Source: Candidatus Micrarchaeota archaeon
GTDB lineage: Archaea > Micrarchaeota > Micrarchaeia > Anstonellales > Bilamarchaeaceae
NCBI GenBank assembly: GCA_040754495.1
Contig: JBFMCO010000032.1
Span: 123 to 64,122 of the forward strand
Direction: 5' to 3'
Length of the DNA stretch: 64,000 nt
Shown: piece after piece, positions 8,118 to 15,997 of the stretch
Numbering within the stretch: position 1 is the stretch's first letter
Layout of the letters: every line of letters begins with the position of its first letter
Translations under genes and position numbers: made by a program
Notes under the pieces: generated by a model
What the model was told of the DNA's origin: nothing
The model's input: the letters and a program-made list of their open reading frames with translations, nothing else
Database searches by the model: none

Positions 8118-8990
8118 TCACAGCTTGTGCGAAAGTCCCGCCGCGTCCCTGTGCGACGAACCGAACTCGGCAAGCGAGAGGGCCTCCTCCCCGCTCATGA
8201 CCGGCCCGTCCACGCACGCGAACCTTCCGTCAATCGCGCACGAGCCGCACACGCCCATGCCGCATTTCATGTAGCGCTCCACGCTGAGCTGGCACGGGAT
8301 TCCATGCTGCTTGCAGAGTTTCGCCACGGCCTCCATCATCCTCTCCGGCCCGCACGCATATACGCAGTCCACGTGCTTGCCCTCGACCAGCCACTGCACC
8401 TCGGCCATGACATTCCCCTTCTTGCCGCGCGAGCCGTCGTCCGTAGTGATGAAGACCTCCTTGCAGACAGTGAACAGCTGCTTCTCCCAGACGATGTCCT
8501 TTTCGCTGCGTCCGCCTATCACTGCCACGGACTCGATGCCCTGCCCCTTGGCCTCCTTTGAAAGGAAGTACATGGGCACCACTCCGTAGCCGCCGCCCAC
8601 GCACAGGATGCGCCTCCTACCTCCGGCCTCCGGTTTCGGGCTATTGGTTTCGCGTTCTGGATACTGTGTGCCCGATGCGGGGTGCGGCAGCGTGAATCCC
8701 TTCCCGAACGGCCCGCGGTACGAGATGACATCCCCCTCCTTCAGCCTGCAAATCTCCGATGAGACCCTGCCGACGCCCGCGACCGAAATGGTCAGGGGGA
8801 GGTTGTTGCCTATGCTCATCGGCCGCTCGCCCGCGCCCGGCACCCAAACCATCAGGAACTGGCCGGGCATCGCGGAGAGCATGTCGTGGTCTATCTCCAG
8901 CGTCCTGACGCGGTAGTTTTCCTCTATGACCTTCCGCACCCGGCTAGTATATATCGGATTTGTGATCCCGAACCTTTTCATGCGCAGCAC
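8118..8990 (-). CDS. pyrK: dihydroorotate dehydrogenase electron-transfer subunit
   Basis: 290-aa ORF with a C-terminal 2Fe-2S motif (CGMGVCGSCAIDG...C) and an FAD/NAD-binding layout (ILCVGGGYGVVP). The start may be M4 at 8981. Confidence 0.85.
   Translation of the reverse strand: MLRMKRFGITNPIYTSRVRKVIEENYRVRTLEIDHDMLSAMPGQFLMVWVPGAGERPMSIGNNLPLTISVAGVGRVSSEICRLKEGDVISYRGPFGKGFTLPHPASGTQYPERETNSPKPEAGGRRRILCVGGGYGVVPMYFLSKEAKGQGIESVAVIGGRSEKDIVWEKQLFTVCKEVFITTDDGSRGKKGNVMAEVQWLVEGKHVDCVYACGPERMMEAVAKLCKQHGIPCQLSVERYMKCGMGVCGSCAIDGRFACVDGPVMSGEEALSLAEFGSSHRDAAGLSHKL
8631..8660. repeat. heptamer-family repeat copy inside pyrK
   Basis: CGGTTTC GGGCTAT TGGTTTC GCGTTCT. It encodes ...ERETNSPKPEAGG..., an apparent extra loop before the GGGxG strand. 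Confidence 0.4.
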
Positions 8991-9921
8991 CTATTACGTC
9001 CCTTATGTCCTTGCAGCCTGTTCCGTCCATCCACGCTCTCATCTCGTCCGCAATCATCCCAAAAGCCTTCGGCCCGCGGTAATACGCCGCGGTGCCCACG
9101 CTCACCCAGCTCGCCCCGGCCATCATCATCTCTATCGCGTCATCGCCGCATGTGATTCCGCCGGTCCCGATTATGGGTATCTCCACGCTCTTGTATATGT
9201 CGTATACGGCGCGGATGATGACCGGCCTGATGGCAGGTCCTGTCAGCCCGCCCACCCCGAAACCAAGGACGGGCTTCCTCCTCGCGATGTCGATCTTCAT
9301 CCCAGGACCCAGCGAGTTGCCCATGTTGATTGCGTCCGCGCCTGCCTTCTCGGCCGCCTGCGCAGCCTTCCCCTCGCCCGGCACTGAAGGGGAGAGCTTT
9401 ATTATGAGCGGTAGGGAGCACGCGTCCTTTATCGCCTTCGTAATTTCGCTCACGGATTCCGGCGTCCCCTGCCCGGCCATGGTTCCGTATCCTGGAGTGT
9501 GGGGGCAGGAGATGACGGCCTCCAGGGCTGTCGCCCCCAGTTTCCGGTTCCCGGTTTCGGGTTTCGGGTCCCGCGCCTCCTCGACTTTCGTCGCGAGCAG
9601 GCCGAACTCGTTCGCGTCCTTCCCTACTATACTTATTATGAGGGCCTCGCTCCGCGTCCATCCGCCGAACTCTGCGAGCCCCTCCCCTATGCCGGGATTC
9701 GGGTAGCCCATGGCATTCAGCATCCCGCATTCGGTCTCCACGATGTTCGGGCCCTCGTGGCCCTTGCGCGGCTCCATGGTGAGGGATTTCGCTATCACCG
9801 CCCCGCAGCCGTTCTCGCATCCAGCCTCGAGGCTTCCCTTCGTCATGCCGAGTATGCCGGATGCGAGGATTATGGGGTTCTTGAGCTTCTTCCTGAACAA
9901 TGAGCACTCCAGTCCTCCCAT
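8944..9921 (-). CDS. pyrD: dihydroorotate dehydrogenase catalytic subunit (class 1B type)
   Basis: Start placed at the internal ATG 9921 (MGGLECSLFRKKLKNPIILASGILG). Motifs: ISCPHTPG, IIKLSP, IIGTGGI. The longer ORF to 10059 reads through the heptamer repeat in the leader. Confidence 0.9.
   Translation of the reverse strand: MGGLECSLFRKKLKNPIILASGILGMTKGSLEAGCENGCGAVIAKSLTMEPRKGHEGPNIVETECGMLNAMGYPNPGIGEGLAEFGGWTRSEALIISIVGKDANEFGLLATKVEEARDPKPETGNRKLGATALEAVISCPHTPGYGTMAGQGTPESVSEITKAIKDACSLPLIIKLSPSVPGEGKAAQAAEKAGADAINMGNSLGPGMKIDIARRKPVLGFGVGGLTGPAIRPVIIRAVYDIYKSVEIPIIGTGGITCGDDAIEMMMAGASWVSVGTAAYYRGPKAFGMIADEMRAWMDGTGCKDIRDVIGAAHEKVRDHKSDIY
9535..9574. repeat. heptamer-family repeat array inside pyrD
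   Basis: TTTCCGG TTCCCGG TTTCGGG TTTCGGG TCCCG, strict 7-nt period. It encodes DPKPETGNRKLG. Confidence 0.6.
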
Positions 9922-9926
9922 AAGCT

Positions 9927-9960
9927 GTCTCCGGTTCCCGGTCTCCAGTTTCCGGTTTTG
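9927..9960. repeat. heptamer-family repeat array in pyrD 5' leader
   Basis: GTCTCCG GTTCCCG GTCTCCA GTTTCCG GTTTTG lies immediately upstream of the pyrD ATG (minus strand). A TATA-like TTTTTATTTTAT on the minus strand lies at about 9988-9999. Confidence 0.6.
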
Positions 9961-10058
9961 ATTGCCTGTCTGCGGATTCGGGCCGATAAAATAAAAACAT
10001 GCGCGAATTGCGCAAGATGGTCTTTCATGTGCGTTTCCATCGAGAGGGAGGCACCACA

Positions 10059-10069
10059 CTTTAAAAATG
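10059..10069 (+). promoter_or_regulatory. TATA-like box for lipoprotein gene 10090
   Basis: CTTTAAAAATG is centred about 26 nt upstream of ATG 10090. Confidence 0.4.
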
Positions 10070-10089
10070 TTAATCTTGATTGCAAAACC

Positions 10090-10776
10090 ATGAGAGAGGC
10101 GAAATTCGTTGCGGCCATCCTTGTGGCCATGCTATTTGTATTCGGTTGCACGTCTCCACAGCCCCCTGCCGGGGCCGGAGGCCAGAACAACACGTCCGGG
10201 GGAGGGCCAACGGCCCCTTCCGGCGCCGGAGCAGGCGCTGAGACCGGCGCGGCTGGAGGAGCTGGTGCGGAGACGAACGTTTCCGGCGGAGCAGGAGCCG
10301 GCACCAATGTGTCCGGCGGCGTCGGCACCGGGGGGAGCGGCGGAACCGACTCTTTCACGGGCAAGGACTGGGCAGGCCTCATGGCGCTCGGGGTGCCCAT
10401 GCAGTGCGATGTCTCCGCAGACGGCTCCACCACTACGATGTACGTGGTCGACCAGGGCAGGAAAATCCGCATGGAAGCGTCCAGCGAGGGCTGCTCCCAG
10501 ACCGTCATAATCATCAAGGACCAGAAAATGTACATGAAATGCGTAGACGAGCCGATGTTCGAGGGCTGCGACTGGATACAATACGACGTGTCCGCGCAGG
10601 GCCCGAGCGGCGGAACGGGCCAGGGCTCGCAGGTGACAGACTACGAGAACGCTCCTGCGTCCAGCCTGGACTGCGCCGCCTGGGTCCCGGACAACTCGAA
10701 ATTCGACACCCCCGGGAATGTCTGCAACCTTCAGGACATGATGGGCGGAGGAGCATATCCCGGAGGATACAACTGA
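10090..10776 (+). CDS. secreted lipoprotein-like Cys-rich protein (paralog 1)
   Basis: Internal ATG at 10090. Signal peptide plus lipobox-like LFVFGC, a Gly/Ala-rich low-complexity linker, and a C-terminal domain with conserved Cys (GCDW..., CAAW.PD.SKFDTPG..C). Confidence 0.65.
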   Translation: MREAKFVAAILVAMLFVFGCTSPQPPAGAGGQNNTSGGGPTAPSGAGAGAETGAAGGAGAETNVSGGAGAGTNVSGGVGTGGSGGTDSFTGKDWAGLMALGVPMQCDVSADGSTTTMYVVDQGRKIRMEASSEGCSQTVIIIKDQKMYMKCVDEPMFEGCDWIQYDVSAQGPSGGTGQGSQVTDYENAPASSLDCAAWVPDNSKFDTPGNVCNLQDMMGGGAYPGGYN

Positions 10777-10870
10777 AGCTCATGGCGGGGAACCACCATT
10801 CCACCCACCCATCCCTCCTTCTGGTTGGTGGCAATCCCCCCATTCTCTTCATCTTATACCTCTCTGACGC

Positions 10871-10911
10871 GGTTTTGGGTTCCCGGTCACTGGTTTCGGG
10901 TTTTGGGTTTT
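10871..10911. repeat. heptamer-family repeat array immediately upstream of lipoprotein gene 10915
   Basis: GGTTTTG GGTTCCC GGTCACT GGTTTCG GGTTTTG GGTTTTG: six units of 7-nt period, ending 4 nt before the ATG. Confidence 0.6.
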
Positions 10912-10914
10912 GAA

Positions 10915-11499
10915 ATGAAGCTTTTGGCGCTTGGCCTCTTTGCAATCCTGCTGCTCGGATGCGTTTCACAGCAGCCTTCATCTCCACAACAGAACGCCCC
11001 TTCGGCTCCGGCGATGCAAGGTAACGCAACCGAACCTGAGGGGCAACCTCCTGCCGGCAATGCAACACCCGCGCCGGCCCAGATGCCTCCTTCCCCACCG
11101 CCCCAGCCATCAGCTCCGAATCCATATGCCGGCATGACGCTCGAATCAATCGCCGCATCCGGGGAGCCGGTGGAATGCAACGTCACTTTCACATACCAGA
11201 ACAAGCCCGCGCAGGCCCGCTTCTACATGAAAGGCACGGCTGAGATGCGTTTCGAGGAAACGGCGTCCGGCCTCGCGCAGTGCTCGGGAAAGACCATCAC
11301 AATCATCCGGGATACGAGGCGCTACGCAGGCTGCGACGGGAAGACGATATTCCCGGGCTGCGACTGGTTCCGCTCCGACCATTCCGGCGGCCTTCCGTCC
11401 CAGTTCAGGGACCTGCCGGCAACGGACGTCGGCTGCGCCGCCTGGCCTTACGACAAGGCGAAATTCCAGACCCCTGGGCAGTCGTGCAGCATGAATTGA
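10915..11499 (+). CDS. secreted lipoprotein-like Cys-rich protein (paralog 2)
   Basis: Internal ATG at 10915. MKLLALGLFAILLLGC lipobox-like signal and a Pro/Gln-rich linker. The C-terminal domain aligns with the upstream paralog (GCDW, CAAWPYDKAKFQTPGQSC). Confidence 0.65.
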   Translation: MKLLALGLFAILLLGCVSQQPSSPQQNAPSAPAMQGNATEPEGQPPAGNATPAPAQMPPSPPPQPSAPNPYAGMTLESIAASGEPVECNVTFTYQNKPAQARFYMKGTAEMRFEETASGLAQCSGKTITIIRDTRRYAGCDGKTIFPGCDWFRSDHSGGLPSQFRDLPATDVGCAAWPYDKAKFQTPGQSCSMN

Positions 11500-11578
11500 T
11501 GAAAGCCGTCCGGTGCCGGGGAACGCAGGGCATCCGACAAAGGCGGCCGCCGCCATGTTTTCCACCTCGACCAGCGGG

Positions 11579-11588
11579 CTATATATTC
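11579..11588 (+). promoter_or_regulatory. TATA-like box for ftsZ
   Basis: CTATATATTC lies about 50 nt upstream of ATG 11636. The SD-like GGGTGAT sits at 11625-11631. Confidence 0.4.
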
Positions 11589-11635
11589 TTTTTCTTAGTA
11601 TTACCCAAGAGGGAACGAGCGACAGGGTGATTCTG

Positions 11636-12703
11636 ATGTTCGATGACATCATCAAAGCCGCCAAGGACGATTTGCCTGCGACGGCGCCGGCCGCGGACTT
11701 GGACAACGCTTCCATACGGATATCCGTCATAGGGGTGGGCGGCGCAGGCTGCAACTGCGTCAACAGGCTTTACCAGAACGGGATAAAGAGCGCGAAGACC
11801 TTCGCCATCAACACCGACGGGAAGCACCTGAACATGGTCGGGGCGCACAAGAAAATACTCCTCGGAAAGACCATAACCCGGGGCCTCGGCGCCGGCGGGG
11901 ACATGGCAATAGCGAAGAAATCTGCGGACGTCGACCGCGACATGCTCAAGAAGGAAATCGGCGAGAACGAGCTCGTCTTCCTCTGCGCGGGCATGGGCGG
12001 CGGCACAGGCGGCGGAGCCTCGCCGGCCATAGCACAGATAGCCCGGGAGCAGGGCGCGATAGTCGTCGCGATGGTCACATACCCCTTCGCCCTCGAGCGC
12101 GTGCGCCTCAAGAAGGCGCAGCAGTCCCTGCACGAGCTGGTCAAGGTGTGCGACACCGTAGTCGTTGTGGACAACAACCGGCTCGCCTCTTACGTGCCGA
12201 ACCTGCCTGTCAACAAGGCGTTCGAGCTGGCCGACTCCATCACCACCCGCGCCGTTACCGGCATATCCGACACCATCATGTTCCCGAGCCTCATCAACGT
12301 CGATTACGCCGACGTGAAGGCCGTCATGGAGGGCGGAGGCCTGTCCATGATATCCCTCGGCAGCGGCAATGGCCACAACAAGGTCGAGGACGTAGTCAAG
12401 GACACCCTCGAGCACCCGCTGCTGGACGTGAATTACGAGGGGGCGAAGGGATGCCTCATCCACCTCGAAGGCGGGCCGGACCTGAGCCTCGGGGACGCCA
12501 TCAGGGCCGGCGAGCTGCTCACGCAGAGCTTCGACGAGACTGCGAACGTGAAGATGGGCGCGAGAATCAGCCCGACGCTCAAGGATTCCGTGAGGATAAC
12601 CGCGATAATAACCGGGGTGAAGTCCCCGTACATACTCGGTAAAGGCACCACGGATGAGCCCTCATCGTCCGGAGGGGGCCACGGCGAGCTCGAATACCTT
12701 TGA
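11636..12703 (+). CDS. ftsZ: cell division GTPase FtsZ
   Basis: Internal ATG 11636 follows GGTGAT. Motifs: GVGGAGCNCVNRL, tubulin signature GMGGGTGGGASP, NTD... Confidence 0.95.
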   Translation: MFDDIIKAAKDDLPATAPAADLDNASIRISVIGVGGAGCNCVNRLYQNGIKSAKTFAINTDGKHLNMVGAHKKILLGKTITRGLGAGGDMAIAKKSADVDRDMLKKEIGENELVFLCAGMGGGTGGGASPAIAQIAREQGAIVVAMVTYPFALERVRLKKAQQSLHELVKVCDTVVVVDNNRLASYVPNLPVNKAFELADSITTRAVTGISDTIMFPSLINVDYADVKAVMEGGGLSMISLGSGNGHNKVEDVVKDTLEHPLLDVNYEGAKGCLIHLEGGPDLSLGDAIRAGELLTQSFDETANVKMGARISPTLKDSVRITAIITGVKSPYILGKGTTDEPSSSGGGHGELEYL

Positions 12704-12715
12704 ATTGGTGAAGAT

Positions 12716-15700
12716 GTGTTTGTATCCTTCGACTTAGCTGCATTCCTGGCATGGCTATTCATATCCACGTTCCTCCCCGGGGCGCTGCTGTCCCTGGCAA
12801 TTTTCCGGAAGGAGGAGTCGTTCAACCTGCTGGAGAAGGTTTTCATCGGCTTCGCGCTGGGGTTCTTCCTCCTGCCCATGCTGCCGTTCCTGCTCTACCT
12901 GTTCCTCGGGGTGAAATTCAGCAGCTCCATCGCCCTCCTCTCGGTCGCCGTTCTCTATGCAGTCGCCGGCGCGGCATTCGTCGTCTCGAAGGCCTACGAG
13001 GACCTCAAGCTCCCGAAGGAATTGCGTCCGGAGCTCTCGCCCGCATCAGCGGTGCCGGCCCTGCTAATCCTCCTCCTGGTGTTCGTGTACCTCTCCAGGA
13101 TAGGCTCCTACAGCCCTGTTTTCCAGGAACTCGACCCGTACTTCTACACCTACCCGGCATACCAGCTCCTCACGCTGGGCGAGAACCCCATCAACGCGCA
13201 GACCGCCTGGTATCCTGAGGTCAATGTCAGCCACCGCATAGTCCCGGCCCTCTCGTACCTCGAGTCGTCATGGTATTCCCTCTACACGGGCGGAGGGGAC
13301 GCAAGCAACATGCTGCTCGCAATCATCGCCTCGATGTATCCGCCGGTGGCCGCGGTCCTCGCAGTGTTCTTCGTCTATCTCTTCGTGTCGGTTGCGACAA
13401 AGCGGGAATGGGGGCTCCTTGCGGCCGCGCTTGCCGCATTCGTCCCGGTCTTCGTCTACAAGACCGCCGCGGGCGAGCAGGAGGTCCAGCCATACGCGTT
13501 CTTCGCACTCTTCTTCTTCTACTCGATGTACGTGCTCTCGCTGAGGCGCAGGGACGTCGTCTCTTTCGGGAAGGGCGGCCTCGTCATAGGAAAGGACATC
13601 GTGTTCCCGCTCATGGCCGGCATCGCGTTTTCCGCCCTCGCGCTCGGAAGCGCGTCCCAGATACTGGCCGTGGTGTCGCTCGTCATATTCATCATCTCGC
13701 TGTCCATCCTCTATTTCCTCAGGGACGATGACGGCGAGGAGCTCAAGCACCTCCTCGTCTCGAACTCCATCATATTCGTCATCGGCCCGCTGCTTGCGAG
13801 CGCGATTATCAAGCCCATGTTCGACTCGGGGGCCCCGTCCTTCAGCCTGGCAATCGCATACGCCCTCGCGCTGGCCTTCTGCGGCGTCCTGTACGCGATG
13901 AAGTCGAAGGTTCCGGACAAATCCATGGGCGCGGCGCTCCTTGGCGCGATAATGGTGCTCGGGCTGGCCCTTTATGTGGCGACGCCAGCAGGCGACTACA
14001 TAAGGAGCGTCGGCAGGTCCGGCTTCGAGATAGCCCAGTACAACCAGCCCCTCGACCGCACGATAGCCGAGCAGGGGACCGCCGCGACGACATTCGATGG
14101 ACAGATGGGCTTCATAGCATCGAGCTTCTTCATCCCGCCGTCCCTGGAGCGGGCCGGGGATTTCATCAGCATCCTCATGTTCGTGCTCCTGCTCCCCTTC
14201 GCCGTGCTGGGGAACCTGCTGCTCGGCATCTTCGTGGGCGCAGTCAACCTCTTCCTCGGCACCGAAGTCGAGTTCACCGAGAAAGCCGTAAGCTTCCTGC
14301 TTTTCTGGGTCAGCCTGCTCTGGCTGGCAGCCGCCTACGGCCTCTGGAAGTTCGTGAAAAAGGAGGACGACGGGCTCTTCCTGCTTCTCCTGGCAATCGT
14401 CATGCCGCCGCTTGTCGTCGGCCTGATAAAGGCCAAGTTCACGATATACGCCGGCATGATGCTCGCGGCCGCGATAGGCTTCACCTTCGCCCAGGCCGAT
14501 GGCATCTCCGGGCTCCTCAAGGACAAGGGCGTGCGCATGCTCATTTTCCGCTCGCTGCTCCTCCTCGGCGTGCTGTTCGCGCTGCTGCAGTTCTTCTACC
14601 AGGGCTTCGCCCCGTCACTGGTGTGGGGCTCCGCCCTGACATTATACCAGAATAACCCCGCGGCGCTTGCGCCGAAGTTTCAGGCGTTCTGCGATTCGAG
14701 CGGCGACGCATCGGTCTGCGCTGCGGCCGCGGACCCGGCCGGCTTCGCGGGGAAGGGCACCAACTACCAGTACGATTACAAGCTCTGCCTGCTTTCCGTT
14801 TTCTCGAAATACGAATACATCCAGAACCCCGGCGCGGCCCCCGGATACGAATCCCAGGCCGCGTTCTTCAGGTGCCAGAGGCTCTCCGACTACTGGATAG
14901 ACTCCATGGAATGGGTAAGCCAGAGCACCGAGCCTGGCGCGCGCATAACGAGCTGGTGGGACTACGGCCACTGGATAAACTATTTCGGATTGCGCAACGC
15001 GGTCATCAGGAACGAGCACGCGTCCAGCAAGATGATAGGCGATGTTGCCCATGGCTACACGGACGCCTCGCCTGCCGAGCTGAAGCAGTGGATGGAGGAG
15101 CACGGCAGCGAGTACGCGCTCTTCGACATCGAGCTGATTTCGAGCGGTGACGGCCTCGGGGGCAAATACGGCGCCCTCAACTACCTCTCCTGCGCAAGGG
15201 ACAACGACACCAGCGTGGAGAGCGCGCCGGGCGAGTCGCAATGCGAGATGGACCACCTGTGGGAGACCGTTTTCATGACTGCAAATCCCTGCACGATATC
15301 ATCCCTCACGAACAAGACCGGCTACACCGCATACAAGCTCTATTCCGGGGCGTCCTACCTCACTGACTATCCGAGCTACTGCATCGCACCGACCGACCCG
15401 AACGTGGTGGCCTTCTGCCGCGACGGAATCAGGGCCGTGCCGGCCTACTGCGTAGGCAACGCCACCCTCGCGACCGGCGAGACCATATACGGCACGTACT
15501 ACCTCAACCAGACCTATCCCAACGGCGACCTGAAGCTGAACAAGGGCGTCATACAGCTGCCCTACACCTACCCGACCACATACAACTTCGGCCCGGCCAC
15601 CCGTCTGACGCTCTTCTACACCGAAGACGCGGTATGGCTCGAGAACGGTCAGATAAAGAGCGGCTTCGAGGACCGCAAGGGGAAGTTCTACGACTCGGCC

Positions 15701-15793
15701 ATCTACAAGGCCATATTCCTCAACGACCTGCCGGGCTTCAGGCTCGTCTATCAGACGCCGGGCGGGGAGGTCAAGATATACAAGATAGAGTGA
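12716..15793 (+). CDS. aglB: archaeal oligosaccharyltransferase AglB (STT3 family)
   Basis: 1025-aa polytopic ORF with the WWDYGHWI catalytic-site motif. GTG start at 12716 is preceded by GGTGA. Confidence 0.9.
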   Translation: MFVSFDLAAFLAWLFISTFLPGALLSLAIFRKEESFNLLEKVFIGFALGFFLLPMLPFLLYLFLGVKFSSSIALLSVAVLYAVAGAAFVVSKAYEDLKLPKELRPELSPASAVPALLILLLVFVYLSRIGSYSPVFQELDPYFYTYPAYQLLTLGENPINAQTAWYPEVNVSHRIVPALSYLESSWYSLYTGGGDASNMLLAIIASMYPPVAAVLAVFFVYLFVSVATKREWGLLAAALAAFVPVFVYKTAAGEQEVQPYAFFALFFFYSMYVLSLRRRDVVSFGKGGLVIGKDIVFPLMAGIAFSALALGSASQILAVVSLVIFIISLSILYFLRDDDGEELKHLLVSNSIIFVIGPLLASAIIKPMFDSGAPSFSLAIAYALALAFCGVLYAMKSKVPDKSMGAALLGAIMVLGLALYVATPAGDYIRSVGRSGFEIAQYNQPLDRTIAEQGTAATTFDGQMGFIASSFFIPPSLERAGDFISILMFVLLLPFAVLGNLLLGIFVGAVNLFLGTEVEFTEKAVSFLLFWVSLLWLAAAYGLWKFVKKEDDGLFLLLLAIVMPPLVVGLIKAKFTIYAGMMLAAAIGFTFAQADGISGLLKDKGVRMLIFRSLLLLGVLFALLQFFYQGFAPSLVWGSALTLYQNNPAALAPKFQAFCDSSGDASVCAAAADPAGFAGKGTNYQYDYKLCLLSVFSKYEYIQNPGAAPGYESQAAFFRCQRLSDYWIDSMEWVSQSTEPGARITSWWDYGHWINYFGLRNAVIRNEHASSKMIGDVAHGYTDASPAELKQWMEEHGSEYALFDIELISSGDGLGGKYGALNYLSCARDNDTSVESAPGESQCEMDHLWETVFMTANPCTISSLTNKTGYTAYKLYSGASYLTDYPSYCIAPTDPNVVAFCRDGIRAVPAYCVGNATLATGETIYGTYYLNQTYPNGDLKLNKGVIQLPYTYPTTYNFGPATRLTLFYTEDAVWLENGQIKSGFEDRKGKFYDSAIYKAIFLNDLPGFRLVYQTPGGEVKIYKIE

Positions 15794-15833
15794 CCTCTTT
15801 TCGGATTTCCGCTCCGCCCTAAACAGCGCGCCA

Positions 15834-15847
15834 TTTTTAAATAAAAA
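15834..15847 (+). promoter_or_regulatory. strong TATA-like box
   Basis: TTTTTAAATAAAAA. Its centre lies about 24-27 nt upstream of position 15863, the 5' end of the structured element. Confidence 0.45.
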
Positions 15848-15862
15848 CCAGCAGATTATCCA

Positions 15863-15984
15863 CAACGACCAAGGGTGCGCGGGAGCCCATGCTTTCAAGC
15901 GTGGGAGAAGCGCACCCGACTCGGCTTGCGGGTCCCCGCCTAAAGCGGCTTCCGCAAGCCAAGGGCTTTAGCCCTTGGTCGTTG
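15863..15984 (+). ncRNA. structured 122-nt RNA element: candidate stand-alone sRNA (5S-like size and topology) or gatDE 5' leader
   Basis: A perfect 13-bp closing helix (15863-15875 with 15972-15984) encloses two hairpin arms. Arm 1 pairs 15876-15880 with 15910-15914, plus 15886-15892 with 15899-15905. Arm 2 pairs 15923-15931 with 15952-15960, plus 15936-15939 with 15945-15948. Strand is assigned from the upstream TATA box. Confidence 0.3.
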
Positions 15985-15997
15985 ACAAGGAGAGGCC

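Noticed and set aside
8944-8990. 47-nt overlap between the pyrD 3' end and the pyrK 5' end as a possible unusual feature
   Set aside because: It probably reflects uncertainty in the pyrK start (M1 at 8990 versus M4 at 8981, or an undetected later start). This is not enough evidence for anything beyond ordinary operon overlap.
9922-10059. 46-codon N-terminal extension of pyrD (…PQTGNQNRKLETGNRRQL…)
   Set aside because: The extension merely reads through the heptamer array and promoter region. The conserved PyrD N-terminus begins at the internal ATG 9921.
10871-10911. G-quadruplex or telomere-like interpretation of the GGTTTTG/GGGTTTC runs
   Set aside because: Most copies have only two or three GGG tracts. 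Many units carry GG rather than GGG, and the C/A-rich orientation is equally common relative to genes. This does not support a G4-specific role.
15863-15984. Calling the structured element a bona fide 5S rRNA gene
   Set aside because: Size and three-way-junction topology fit. However, the conserved loop C/loop E sequence signatures I remember are not clearly present. There are 11 unpaired nt before the closing helix, and no terminator separates it from gatD. It is kept only as a candidate.
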